NCBI GenBank assembly: GCA_965223345.1
Contig: CBDCWG010000012.1
Coordinates: forward strand, 1,952,001-2,016,000
Direction of reading: 5' to 3'
DNA: 64,000 nucleotides
Origin: Nitrospinales bacterium
GTDB taxonomy: Bacteria; Nitrospinota; Nitrospinia; Nitrospinales; VA-1
In this document: piece by piece, positions 8,867 through 17,868 of the stretch
Layout: each line of letters starts with the position of its first letter
How positions within the stretch are numbered: the stretch's first letter is position 1
The notes under the pieces: generated by a model
Databases searched by the model: none
Told to the model about the DNA's origin: nothing
Seen by the model: only the letters and a program-made list of their open reading frames with translations
Translations under genes and position numbers: made by a program

Positions 8867-10912
8867 ATGAACGGGGTGTTGTCAAAGCGAAGCTGGGTCG
8901 TTTTTCTGACAATCGTACTTTTGCTTTTGCTGGATCTGGGCCGCTCGATCAACGCCCGTGTGGGGTTTGAGGAACCACCGGAGTTGTGGGAACCCGATCC
9001 CACGGTATATGCGAACCTGACCTGGCCCCCGGGTTCGGATCTTCCGGAGAACACGCCCGTGGGGGAGCGGGTTTTCATGCAACGCTGCGCCGTCTGTCAT
9101 GGACCCGATGGCCGTGGAAACGGTCCCGCCGCACCTTCCCTCATTCCTCGCCCGCGCAACTTCACCCAGGGACAGTTCAAGTACAAATCCACACCGGGAG
9201 ACAAGCCACCGCTGGATGCCGACCTGATTCGCACCATCACCAACGGCCTCCAGGCGAGTGCCATGTCGTATTTCAAGGACCTGCTCAGCGAGAACGAAAT
9301 CCGCGAGGTTGTGAAATACATCAAGGCGATGTCCCCCGTTTTCGAAGGTCCTTCGGCCGAGCCTCTCGCGATTCCCGCACGCGTGAAACCGGATGCAGCC
9401 AGTGTCGAACGAGGCAAGGACCTGTTCATCGCGAACGGGTGCATGGTCTGCCACGGAACGGACGGGCGGGGAGGGCTGCCGCTAGAAGAGAACACGGGGT
9501 ATCCGCTGATCTCGCGCGACCTCACGGCCCCGTGGACGTTTCGGGGCGGGAGCGAACCGGAGCAGATCTGGTTGCGCGTCACCACGGGAATGGCTCCCGG
9601 CCCCATGCCGGCTTTCGAGGAAGTGATGAGCCCGGAAGAACGCTGGGATGTGGTGAACTACGTGCTGTCGCTTGCCCGCATCCCGCCGTGGGAACCGGGA
9701 GGCCAGCTCGACGGCCCTGGCCAGCAAGAAGATTTGCTGACACGCGGGCGGTACATTCTGCACTCGCAGATGTGCGGGCTCTGCCACACGCAGGTGAATA
9801 AAACGGGGATCTATCGCGGCGATGACTATTATCTGGCTGGAGGGATGCGGGTCGGCGTTTACCCGCATGCGGTCTATATTTCCCGCAATCTCACTCCCGA
9901 CGAGGAAACCGGGTTGGGCAAGTGGACCGAGGAGCAAATCGCAAACGCCCTGCGCAATGGCCGGGCGCCCGAAAGGCTGCTCAATTCGTGGGCCATGATC
10001 TGGCCGTTCTTTCACAGCCTGGAAGAAAAGGATGCGCTGGCCATCGCCACGTATCTGAAGTCGCGTTCTCCGGTGCGCAACCAGATTCCGCCTCCCTTGT
10101 ATTACGGTGTCGTCGAAACCATTGCCGTCAAACTCACCGGCCCGCTGCCGGAAGGAATGCCGAAGACCCTCACCTATGGCGCTGGAAACTTCGGCCAGCC
10201 CGATCTCGGTTCGTTCCCGGATCTCCCTCAACGGGTGCTGATCGGCGGACAATGGCTGGTGCTCGCTGTCGGTGTGGTTGCCTTTGTTTTCGCCGGTCCG
10301 CGGGAGCGCCGGTTTCCAAAGAACAAAAAGGGCTGGCTCCTCACAGGGCTAAAACTTTTGGGAATCGGGATCTTGGTGCTGGCAGGGGTTTTTCTTTACC
10401 ACACGCCCACCTTGAGCATCATTCCTCCGGAAACGATTGCGGAGGGCGTGACCGTACAAATGCCCGATACGGACCCGGCGAAGATCAAAAGTCCGGAACA
10501 GGCCGCCATGGTGGAACGCGGCCGATACCTGTTCAAGATCGTATCGTGCAATATGTGTCACGGGCAAAACGCAAGCGGCGGGCAAAAAATCAGTTGGCGG
10601 CCCGCGGGCACGCACTGGACGCGCAATCTCACTCCGCATCCGAAGGCCGGTACCGGGGCCTGGAGCGATAAAGAAATCGCGCGGGCGATTCGCAGTGGGA
10701 TATCCAGGGACGGTCGGCCGTTACACTGGCAGGGGATGGTCTGGGACCACGCCTCGAACCTGGATGAGGAAGACGTGCGCTCGGTGATCGCGTTTCTGCG
10801 CACTCTACCGCCGGTCGAACGGGAAGTCACTCCGTTTCATCATCCGGACGGAAGCGACTGCAAATACGCGACCATCTGGCTTGTGGAAAACAACACTCCG
10901 GGCTGCCAGTAG
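8867..10912 (+). CDS. Membrane-anchored tetraheme c-type cytochrome
   Basis: Four CxxCH motifs (CAVCH, CMVCH, CGLCH, CNMCH), an N-terminal TM/signal and an internal TM hairpin between hemes 3 and 4. Confidence 0.88.
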   Translation: MNGVLSKRSWVVFLTIVLLLLLDLGRSINARVGFEEPPELWEPDPTVYANLTWPPGSDLPENTPVGERVFMQRCAVCHGPDGRGNGPAAPSLIPRPRNFTQGQFKYKSTPGDKPPLDADLIRTITNGLQASAMSYFKDLLSENEIREVVKYIKAMSPVFEGPSAEPLAIPARVKPDAASVERGKDLFIANGCMVCHGTDGRGGLPLEENTGYPLISRDLTAPWTFRGGSEPEQIWLRVTTGMAPGPMPAFEEVMSPEERWDVVNYVLSLARIPPWEPGGQLDGPGQQEDLLTRGRYILHSQMCGLCHTQVNKTGIYRGDDYYLAGGMRVGVYPHAVYISRNLTPDEETGLGKWTEEQIANALRNGRAPERLLNSWAMIWPFFHSLEEKDALAIATYLKSRSPVRNQIPPPLYYGVVETIAVKLTGPLPEGMPKTLTYGAGNFGQPDLGSFPDLPQRVLIGGQWLVLAVGVVAFVFAGPRERRFPKNKKGWLLTGLKLLGIGILVLAGVFLYHTPTLSIIPPETIAEGVTVQMPDTDPAKIKSPEQAAMVERGRYLFKIVSCNMCHGQNASGGQKISWRPAGTHWTRNLTPHPKAGTGAWSDKEIARAIRSGISRDGRPLHWQGMVWDHASNLDEEDVRSVIAFLRTLPPVEREVTPFHHPDGSDCKYATIWLVENNTPGCQ

Positions 10913-10987
10913 CGCCGAAGGAACGGCCCATAGCGGTCATTTCCGGTAGCGCCTCATGAAAGCTGCCGGGATCGCGTTGATACCGGA

Positions 10988-11230
10988 TCATCTCGGAAAC
11001 CGGTATTTGACTCCTTTCTTTTCACAAAACTCTTTCAGAGTGTAAGCCAGGGAACCTTCCCGTTTTTCCAGTTGCAGATATTCGTAATAGGCGTCCGCGA
11101 AATCTTTAAAACCTCTCCGTTTTAATTTCTTTATTTTACTGACTTCTTCCACGGTCAGCTTGAATGTTTCGGAAGCGGATTCATTCAATGCCTCCTGCAC
11201 CCAGTTATCATCTGATTTCGACTGACTCAA
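10988..11230 (-). CDS. Hypothetical protein
   Basis: AT-richer ~80-aa ORF with GGAG 8 nt before TTG 11230. Confidence 0.45.
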   Translation of the reverse strand: MSQSKSDDNWVQEALNESASETFKLTVEEVSKIKKLKRRGFKDFADAYYEYLQLEKREGSLAYTLKEFCEKKGVKYRFPR

Positions 11231-11315
11231 TGACAAGGCTCCCTGTTCGGTCAAAGGCGTCCGGTTTTGATGGCGGTGGTTTGCAGAGCGCGGGCCCGCC
11301 AGTCTGCGCGCCGGT

Positions 11316-11783
11316 TCATTCCGTCAACGCGATGTCGAAATGCGACACCTCTTCACGCGTTCCCAGTTTCGAGTACAGCGCTTCGGCAGGCGCGTCACCG
11401 CGATCGGCCTGCACGATGATGACATAGGCCCCGCGCGTCACCGCAATTTTCTTCAATTCCTGGATCAGCGCCGTCGCGATTCCCTCGCGCCGGTGGGTAG
11501 CCGCAACGGCGAGATCGTAGATGTAGATCTCGCTGCGTTCCTGCTCGAACTTCTGCAGCTCATAGGCCGTGAGCCCGCCGACGACCGCGCCGTTCTTCAA
11601 CGCGGCCAGCGCGATGAAATACTCGCTGCCGAGCAGGCGCTCAAGATAAGCGGTGCTCGGCTGGGCCGCACAATATGCCTCAATTTCCTGAAACGCCTCG
11701 CCGAATGTGGTCAACAGGGCCTGCATCAGCGCCACGTCCTTCGGCGAGAGTGCGCGTATGCTGAACGATGGGGGCGTTGCCAT
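11316..11783 (-). CDS. aac(3)-I: AAC(3)-I family aminoglycoside N-acetyltransferase (GNAT)
   Basis: [30 protein letters not shown]...[34 protein letters not shown] closely matches the AAC(3)-Ia C-terminal half as recalled. Confidence 0.88.
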   Translation of the reverse strand: MATPPSFSIRALSPKDVALMQALLTTFGEAFQEIEAYCAAQPSTAYLERLLGSEYFIALAALKNGAVVGGLTAYELQKFEQERSEIYIYDLAVAATHRREGIATALIQELKKIAVTRGAYVIIVQADRGDAPAEALYSKLGTREEVSHFDIALTE

Positions 11784-11846
11784 GATTATCCCGATCCTCG
11801 GCGTTCCTTGAGTCGCGATCTCTTCAGTTTCCCGGCCGCGCTGTTC

Positions 11847-13358
11847 TCAATGAATCTGGATGACGACGTTTTTCACCTGGGTGTAGGATTCCAGGGCGTG
11901 CACGCCCATTTCCCGGCCGTAGCCGCTGCGCTTGTAGCCGCCGAAGGGGGCCGCCGCGTCGAAGATATTGTGGCAGTTGACCCAGACGGTGCCCGCCTTG
12001 AGGTCCCGCGCCACTTTGTGGGCCTTGTCGATGTCCTTGGTCCACACGCTGGCGGCCAGTCCGTAGGTGGTGCTGTTGCCGCGGGCGATCACATCGTCCA
12101 GATCCTCGAAGGGGGCGGCGGCCAGCACCGGGCCGAAGATCTCTTCCTGCACGATGCGCATCCCGGTGTCGATGCTGTCGAACACCGTCGGCTCCACGAA
12201 GCAGCCCTGTTCCATGCCGCCGCCGGGCGCTTTGCCTCCGGTGAGGGTTTTCGCGCCTTCGGATTCGCCGGAGCGGATGTAGCTCAGCACCCGTTCCTGC
12301 TGTTCTTTGGACACCAGCGGGCCCATTTCCGTTTCCGGGTGCATGCCCGGCCCCAGTTTGATCTTTTTGGCGTGGTCGGAAACCCGTTCCACCAGTTCCT
12401 GGTAGATCTTCTGGTGCACCAGCAGGCGCGAACCGGCGGCGCAGCACTGGCCGTGGTTGAAGAAGATGGCTCCAGAGACGCCCAGCGCCGCGGTTTCCAG
12501 ATCGGCGTCGGGAAACACGATGCTGGGCGATTTGCCGCCCAGCTCGAGGGTGACGCGCTTGAGGTTGCCGGCGGAGGCTTTGACGATCTCGTGCCCGACT
12601 TCGGTGCTGCCGGTGAACGCGACCTTGTCCACATCCGGGTGCGCCGCAAGATGCGCGCCCGCGTCGCCGAATCCGGTGACGATGTTCACCACGCCGTCGG
12701 GAAAGCCCGCCTGGGCAAACAGGTCCGCCAGCCGCAGTGCCGAAAGCGGCGTCTGCTCGGCGGGTTTGAGGACCACGCAGTTTCCCGCCGCCAGCGCCAC
12801 GCCGAGTTTCCAGGCCGCCATGAGCAGCGGGAAATTCCAGGGGATGATCTGGCCCACGACGCCCATCGGTTCGCGGCGGGTGAAATCGAAAAACTCCGCG
12901 CCCGGTGCGTAGGGCACCGAGATGTCGATGGTCTCGCCGTGGATCTTGGTGGCAAGACCGGCGTAGTAGCGGAAATGGTCCACGACCAGCGGAATGTCGG
13001 CGATGCGCGAGATGGTGATCGGCTTGCCGTTGTCCAGGGTTTCGAGCTGGGCGAATTCCTCGGCGTTTTCCTCGATCAGGTCCGCGAGCTTCCACAGCAG
13101 TTTGCCGCGTTCGGAGGGGGTGATCTTTTTCCAGGGGCCGCTTTCGAACGCCTTGCGGGCTGCGGCGACGGCGCGGTCGATGTCTTCCGGGCCGCCCCGG
13201 GGCACGGCGGTCAGCTGCCGGTTGTTGGAAGGGTCCTGCACCTCGAACGATTCCCCGCTCGCGGCATCGACGCGTTTCCCGTCGATCAGCAGCTTTTGCG
13301 GGCTGTTGAGGAAAGTTTGGATCTCGCTGATGGGTTCGGGTATGGTTGCGGTGGTCAT
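11847..13358 (-). CDS. NAD(P)-dependent aldehyde dehydrogenase
   Basis: IPWNFP, FTGSTEVG, LELGGKSP, GQCCAAGSR, EEIFGPV. Confidence 0.96.
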   Translation of the reverse strand: MTTATIPEPISEIQTFLNSPQKLLIDGKRVDAASGESFEVQDPSNNRQLTAVPRGGPEDIDRAVAAARKAFESGPWKKITPSERGKLLWKLADLIEENAEEFAQLETLDNGKPITISRIADIPLVVDHFRYYAGLATKIHGETIDISVPYAPGAEFFDFTRREPMGVVGQIIPWNFPLLMAAWKLGVALAAGNCVVLKPAEQTPLSALRLADLFAQAGFPDGVVNIVTGFGDAGAHLAAHPDVDKVAFTGSTEVGHEIVKASAGNLKRVTLELGGKSPSIVFPDADLETAALGVSGAIFFNHGQCCAAGSRLLVHQKIYQELVERVSDHAKKIKLGPGMHPETEMGPLVSKEQQERVLSYIRSGESEGAKTLTGGKAPGGGMEQGCFVEPTVFDSIDTGMRIVQEEIFGPVLAAAPFEDLDDVIARGNSTTYGLAASVWTKDIDKAHKVARDLKAGTVWVNCHNIFDAAAPFGGYKRSGYGREMGVHALESYTQVKNVVIQIH

Positions 13359-13565
13359 GGTTCTCTCCCAGGCAAAAAGGCTTCATCGAATCCGGCTGCG
13401 GCCGGATGGAAATGGCGGATTTAAGGGGCCGATGGCAATATTATTATATGGATTTCGGCAAAAACAAACCCCTTTTTCGGGCCTGAAAAAGGGCGAAAAA
13501 GTGCGGAGAGAGGCCCAATCGGGCGCCCGGCGGGGAGCCTGGGAAGTGCGGAATGGGAGCGGGAG

Positions 13566-14018
13566 TCAGTTGATCCAGATGAGGGGTTTGTGGATCCAGG
13601 CGATGTCGCCGGCGCTGTCCTGGATCTGCACCCAGTTGTCTTTTTCCTTCAGGATCTTCATGGAGAAGTATTTGTCAACGGGGCTCCAGGCGACCTGCGG
13701 GAAGTCCGTGCCGGGGCCTTTGCGCAGGTTGGTTTCGTTTTCCTTGATGACCGCGCATTTGTATTTTTTGGTGATCAGCTTCTGGTGCACCCAGTAGATG
13801 TCTCCATCCAGATCCTGGACGCGGTACCACTTGCCTTTTTTCTTCAATTCCTTCAGGGGCATGTACTGGAACACCTGCCACAGCTTTTCGAAGTGGGTGC
13901 CCGGTCCCTGACGCAGGTTGGCTTTTTTGTTGCTGATGCACAACGCTTCGGATTCCGCCCCCAGGGAAAGGAGGAAGAACACGCAAGCGAGGATGATTCC
14001 GATCGATGATTTGTTCAT
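13566..14018 (-). CDS. Secreted protein with two bacterial SH3 domains
   Basis: Signal peptide and two NLRxGPGTxF...W...GWxH repeats. Confidence 0.88.
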   Translation of the reverse strand: MNKSSIGIILACVFFLLSLGAESEALCISNKKANLRQGPGTHFEKLWQVFQYMPLKELKKKGKWYRVQDLDGDIYWVHQKLITKKYKCAVIKENETNLRKGPGTDFPQVAWSPVDKYFSMKILKEKDNWVQIQDSAGDIAWIHKPLIWIN

Positions 14019-14440
14019 GGCTGGTTTCCGGCGTGTCGGCTGAAGAACAGGTTTCTCAAACAGGAGTTTGTTGTCCTCCAAAAAAGCAAAAGGAGAAAAA
14101 GCCAACATCCGCTTTATCTCCTACCTGTAATGATATCAAATAATTCGGGCGAATTGGAGATTTTCTTTCAATGCGTTGCGGTTTCCCGTGATGAACGTGG
14201 GGGCCGAGTGGGTCGTGCATTGCGAATCAGCGGGAATTTTTAAACTGGCAAACCGGGCCGGGAAAATTTTGCCCCGCAACCGAAAGGGGCGTTAAAATTT
14301 TCGCGCCCGCTTGCCGAGGAAATAGCACAGGGATTTTTTATTTTCAAGGTTGAAACCCTCGTCTGGCCGGAACCCGGCTGGTTGGGCGCGCCGGGGGCCG
14401 ATATGACGGGAACCGAAAATAATATAAAACGGAATAACGG

Positions 14441-15574
14441 ATGATCCTGGCGGTCACACTCATGCAATTTGCGGCCATCGCGGCGGTGGTGGTGTATCTC
14501 ACGGTCAACATGCTGCACCTCGTGCGGCTGACGCCCGCGACGGAAAAGGCGGCGTCTGCGCCTTTCGTTTCGGTCTGCGTTCCGGCGCGCAACGAGGCGC
14601 GCGACATCGAGCGCTGCCTGAACTCGCTCCTGAACCAGGCGTATCCGCACTTCGAGGTGATCGCCGTGAACGACCACTCGACCGACGGCACGGGCGCCAT
14701 CCTCAAGGCATTGTCAGCTCGTGACGACCGGCTGATTGCGATCGAGGGCGCGGCGCTGCCGCAAGGCTGGCTGGGCAAACCGTTCGCGCTACATCAGGCG
14801 CAGGCGAAAGCGCAGGGCGAGTTGCTGCTGTTCACCGACGCGGACCTGTTTTTCGAGCCGCACGCCCTGGAAACGGCGGTGCAGGCTTTGACACAGCGCC
14901 AGGTGGATTTGCTGACGCTGATGCCGGGCTCGCAGTTCGTTTCCTTCTGGGAGCGGGCGGTGCAGCCGGTGGTGTTCGGGATGATCGCTTCGCTCAGCCG
15001 CTTCCGCAAGATCAACCGGCCGGAGTTTTCCAGCGCCGTGGGGTTCGGGGCGTTCCTGCTGTTTCGCCGCGACGCGTATGCGAAGATCGGCGGTCACGCA
15101 AGCGTGCGACAGGAGGTGGTGGAGGACATGATGCTGGCCAAGCGGGCAAAGAAAATGGGGCTGCGCCTTTTGGCCGCCGAGGGGAAATCGCTGTTGTCGC
15201 TGCGCATGTACCACTCGCTCGGCGAAATCTGGAGGGGCTGGCGGAAAAACCTGTTCATCGCGCTCAAACGCTCGGTGCCGCGCACGCTGTATTATGCCGC
15301 CGTGCTGCTGGTGTTTCTCACCACGCCCTGGCTGGTGCTGGCGGCCAATCTCACGCTTGGGACGAGCGGGTTGGCGACGGCGATCGCCGTGGCCGGGGTG
15401 GGGCTGACGCTGGCCGCATCGTTCAAGCTGTGCCGGGAACTCAGGATGGGGCTGGCGAACGCCCTGCTGTTTCCGCTCGGTGCGGTGGTGGCCGCGGCGA
15501 TCATGCTAAACTCGATGGCGCAGGCGTTGATCTGGCGGCGCACCGAATGGCGCGGCCGCACCTACGAGGCGTGA
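14441..15574 (+). CDS. Membrane GT2 glycosyltransferase (CrtQ/HpnB-like lipid glycosyltransferase)
   Basis: VPARNE, NDHSTDGT, GWLGKP, FTDAD, VEDMMLA, GWRKN and C-terminal WRGRTY. Confidence 0.85.
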   Translation: MILAVTLMQFAAIAAVVVYLTVNMLHLVRLTPATEKAASAPFVSVCVPARNEARDIERCLNSLLNQAYPHFEVIAVNDHSTDGTGAILKALSARDDRLIAIEGAALPQGWLGKPFALHQAQAKAQGELLLFTDADLFFEPHALETAVQALTQRQVDLLTLMPGSQFVSFWERAVQPVVFGMIASLSRFRKINRPEFSSAVGFGAFLLFRRDAYAKIGGHASVRQEVVEDMMLAKRAKKMGLRLLAAEGKSLLSLRMYHSLGEIWRGWRKNLFIALKRSVPRTLYYAAVLLVFLTTPWLVLAANLTLGTSGLATAIAVAGVGLTLAASFKLCRELRMGLANALLFPLGAVVAAAIMLNSMAQALIWRRTEWRGRTYEA

Positions 15575-15613
15575 CGCACTGATTTGGCAATTTGATTCTG
15601 TATAAGGAGGCAC

Positions 15614-16537
15614 ATGGAAGATTATCCGAGACTGTTCATCAAAGCCGGGCTGATTTACGCGCTGCTGGGCGCCGTGCTGGGGATCGCGATGGCGATCGAG
15701 CCGGCGCTCGCCGGGCGCGTTCGCTTCGTGCACATCCACCTCAACCTGCTCGGCTTCATGACTATGTTCGTGGCGGGGGTGGCGTTCCATGTGCTGCCGC
15801 GTTTCAACGCCAACCCGGTGCCCTGGCCAGCGGGGGTGAAATACCAGTTTTACCTGCAAAACACCGGGCTCATCGGCATGGTGGCGCTGGCGGTGGCCAC
15901 GCCGTGGCGGGATATGCCGTACCGGGCGCTGTTCATCCTGTTCGCGCTTATGGCGGCGGTGGCGATCGCGTTCATGTTCTACAACCTGTATTTCGTCCTG
16001 CGTCCGGCGCAACCGGCGTCGGCGCGGCCCGAGAAGATCACCGGCGACATGAAGGTGTCGGAAGTGCTGCAGCATTTTCCGCAGTCGATGCCGCTGTTTC
16101 TGCAAGCCGGGTTCACGGCGCTCAAAAACCCGGCGGCGCGCCAGACCTTCGCCAAAGTGGTGAGCGTGGAAAAGGCCTGCGAAAAGCACGGCGTGGATGC
16201 GGAGCAATTCCTGCGCAGCCTGAACGCACAGCTTCTGGGAAAAACACCGGCCGCGCCTGAACCCAATCCCATAAAACCGGCGGAAACGGCGGGAGTGGGG
16301 GAGGGCAAGGAAATCACCAAAGGTGAAGCCTGTGCCGGCGACACGCGGGTGGGCAGCCTGATTGCGGTGTATCCCGCGACCAAGGCGGTGTTCGAGAAGC
16401 ATTACGGCGAGGGCTGCTTCTCCTGCCCCGGCCAGATCTACGAAACCGTCGGTCAGACCGCGCAGATGCACAACATCGATCCCAATCTCATATTGAGCGA
16501 GATCAACGCCGTGATCGCGGATGAGAACAGGAAGTAA
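15614..16537 (+). CDS. Membrane protein with His-containing helices (cbb3-COX-I/NnrS-like) fused to two DUF1858 domains
   Basis: HIHLNLLGF TM motif; ITGDMKVSEVLQHFP...CEKHGVD and VGSLIAVYP...GCFSCPG...ETVGQTAQMHNID domains; AAGGAGG RBS. Confidence 0.75.
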   Translation: MEDYPRLFIKAGLIYALLGAVLGIAMAIEPALAGRVRFVHIHLNLLGFMTMFVAGVAFHVLPRFNANPVPWPAGVKYQFYLQNTGLIGMVALAVATPWRDMPYRALFILFALMAAVAIAFMFYNLYFVLRPAQPASARPEKITGDMKVSEVLQHFPQSMPLFLQAGFTALKNPAARQTFAKVVSVEKACEKHGVDAEQFLRSLNAQLLGKTPAAPEPNPIKPAETAGVGEGKEITKGEACAGDTRVGSLIAVYPATKAVFEKHYGEGCFSCPGQIYETVGQTAQMHNIDPNLILSEINAVIADENRK

Positions 16538-16540
16538 GGG

Positions 16541-16586
16541 GACAGGATGAAAGCGAAAACCTGCCTCGCGCAAAGGCGCCAAGCCA
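16541..16586 (+). repeat. Left copy of ACAGGAT...CGCGCAAAG-type repeat (IR-A left)
   Basis: gacaggatgaaagcgaaaacctgcctcgcgcaaaggcgccaagcc is an imperfect inverted copy of 18921-18980. Confidence 0.75.
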
Positions 16587-16656
16587 CCTCCAGTATTTTG
16601 ATAAGCGGGTGGCGGTAACAAGTCCCGCACTTCCTCATTAAACTGACCAAAAGGAA

Positions 16657-16866
16657 GGTCGTCGAGCTTGGCTCGACCTCCCCTGGAGGGAGAGGGTGGG
16701 GTGAGGGGGAATAAAAAATGCTCCTATCCCCTTCTGTCGGCTATGAGCCTGTCGCCCTTCGACAGGCTCAGGGTGACAATCGACTGTCATGCTGAGCTTG
16801 TCGAAGCATGACCTCGCACCCTTCGGCAGAGCTTGTCTTGAGCTCGCCGAAGGACTCCGGGTGACA
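16657..16866. repeat. Cluster of REP-like palindromes from several families
   Basis: gtcgagc-ttg-gctcgac; ctccc-ctgga-gggagagggtggggtgagggg; tgtcgcccttcgacaggctcagggtgaca; tgtcatgctgagcttgtcgaagcatgac; cttcggc...gccgaagg. Confidence 0.75.
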
Positions 16867-16897
16867 GGTTGTGGCAAGGGGAATGAAAGGAAGGGAT

Positions 16898-17248
16898 GTG
16901 AGCCGCTCCGATGACAGGGACGCTTTCAAAAATTTCGTGCTCGACCAGCTGCGCGGGCTGGGGCCGGTGGAGGCGAAGCGCATGTTTGGCGGTTTCGGGC
17001 TGTACCACCGCGAGCTGTTCTTCGCCATCATCGCGGACGACCGGCTGTACTTCAAAACCTCCGAGAAGACGGTCTCCGAATATCTGGAATGGGGCATGCG
17101 GCCCTTCCAGACCAGCTCCAGACAGACGCTGAAAAACTATTACGAAGTCCCGGCGGACGTTCTGGAAGACGACGAGCGGCTGGCCGAATGGGCCCAGAAT
17201 GCGGTGGAGGTGGCTGTTCAATCAGGCGGAAAAAAGCAAAGAAAGTGA
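16898..17248 (+). CDS. TfoX/Sxy N-terminal domain protein
   Basis: KRMFGGFGLY...FAIIADDRLYFK...YYEVPADVLEDD...LAEWA. Confidence 0.9.
   Translation: MSRSDDRDAFKNFVLDQLRGLGPVEAKRMFGGFGLYHRELFFAIIADDRLYFKTSEKTVSEYLEWGMRPFQTSSRQTLKNYYEVPADVLEDDERLAEWAQNAVEVAVQSGGKKQRK
17067..17212 (+). repeat. 146-bp direct repeat, copy 1 (tfoX 3' part)
   Basis: Aligns without gaps to 17678-17823 with 9 mismatches. Confidence 0.95.
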
Positions 17249-17327
17249 CCGCAGGGGAATTGACGTTTCTTTAATTCAGATGCCTGGATTACTATAAAAG
17301 GAAACAGTATTTTCCTTTTTTCAGGCT

Positions 17328-17675
17328 ATGGATTATTACACTGCTTTGATTATAGGCGGGGTGCTGAACGCGGTGATTGTCGCTGCAGCAACCATCGTTT
17401 CCACGATGGCAATAAAGAAATCGTCGGACCGCGAAATGCGGATCAAAGAGGTGTCCCGGATTCTGAAACACCTGTCGAACAATGCTGTGGTTTTATTGTG
17501 TCTGCCCATTTTCCTGACCTGGGTTCTTTCTATCGGTATCAAACTGCTTTGGGGTGCGGCGATATCCAACGTCATATCCGGAGTGCTTCTCATTACCTAT
17601 GCCGTGCTGGGAATCTTTATCGTGTTTTTCTATCTGTACGCGGTGTTTGTCTTGGGTGTGGATGTGGAGAAATAA
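17328..17675 (+). CDS. Small 3-TM membrane protein, hypothetical
   Basis: 115 aa with three hydrophobic helices; lower GC than the flanking core genes. Confidence 0.65.
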   Translation: MDYYTALIIGGVLNAVIVAAATIVSTMAIKKSSDREMRIKEVSRILKHLSNNAVVLLCLPIFLTWVLSIGIKLLWGAAISNVISGVLLITYAVLGIFIVFFYLYAVFVLGVDVEK

Positions 17676-17677
17676 TG

Positions 17678-17868
17678 AGACGGTTTCCGAATACAGGGAA
17701 TGGGGCATGCGGCCCTTTCAGACCAGTTCCAGACAGACGCTGAAAAACTATTACGAAGTCCCGGCGGACGTCCTGGAAGACGACGATCGGCTGGCCGAAT
17801 GGGCGCAGAATGCGGTGGAGGTGAGTTTGAAGGTTGGTGCTAAAACGAAAAAGGACAAGGGAGTATGA
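17678..17868 (+). pseudogene. Duplicated 3' half of the tfoX-family gene (direct repeat copy 2 with a different tail)
   Basis: TVSEYREWGMRPFQTSSRQTLKNYYEVPADVLEDDDRLAEWAQNAVEV; lacks the N-terminal half; its TGA overlaps the next ATG (ATGA). Confidence 0.85.

Noticed and set aside
11230..11316. Possible attC site after aac(3)-I
   Set aside because: No RYYYAAC...GTTRRRY core pair or long imperfect palindrome is visible
11340..13424. 694-aa + strand ORF, and similar long antisense ORFs (e.g. 51401-53092, 55535-57346, 34985-36466)
   Set aside because: Shadow frames opposite well-supported genes in GC-rich DNA, with no recognisable motifs
14246..14310. GGCAAACC...GAAA hairpins resembling a c-di-GMP-I riboswitch
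   Set aside because: Lacks the GNRA-capped P2 followed by ACGCAAA and a P3 receptor stem
16657..16866. Possible CRISPR array
   Set aside because: The units differ in sequence and orientation and lack regular repeat-spacer periodicity; no cas genes
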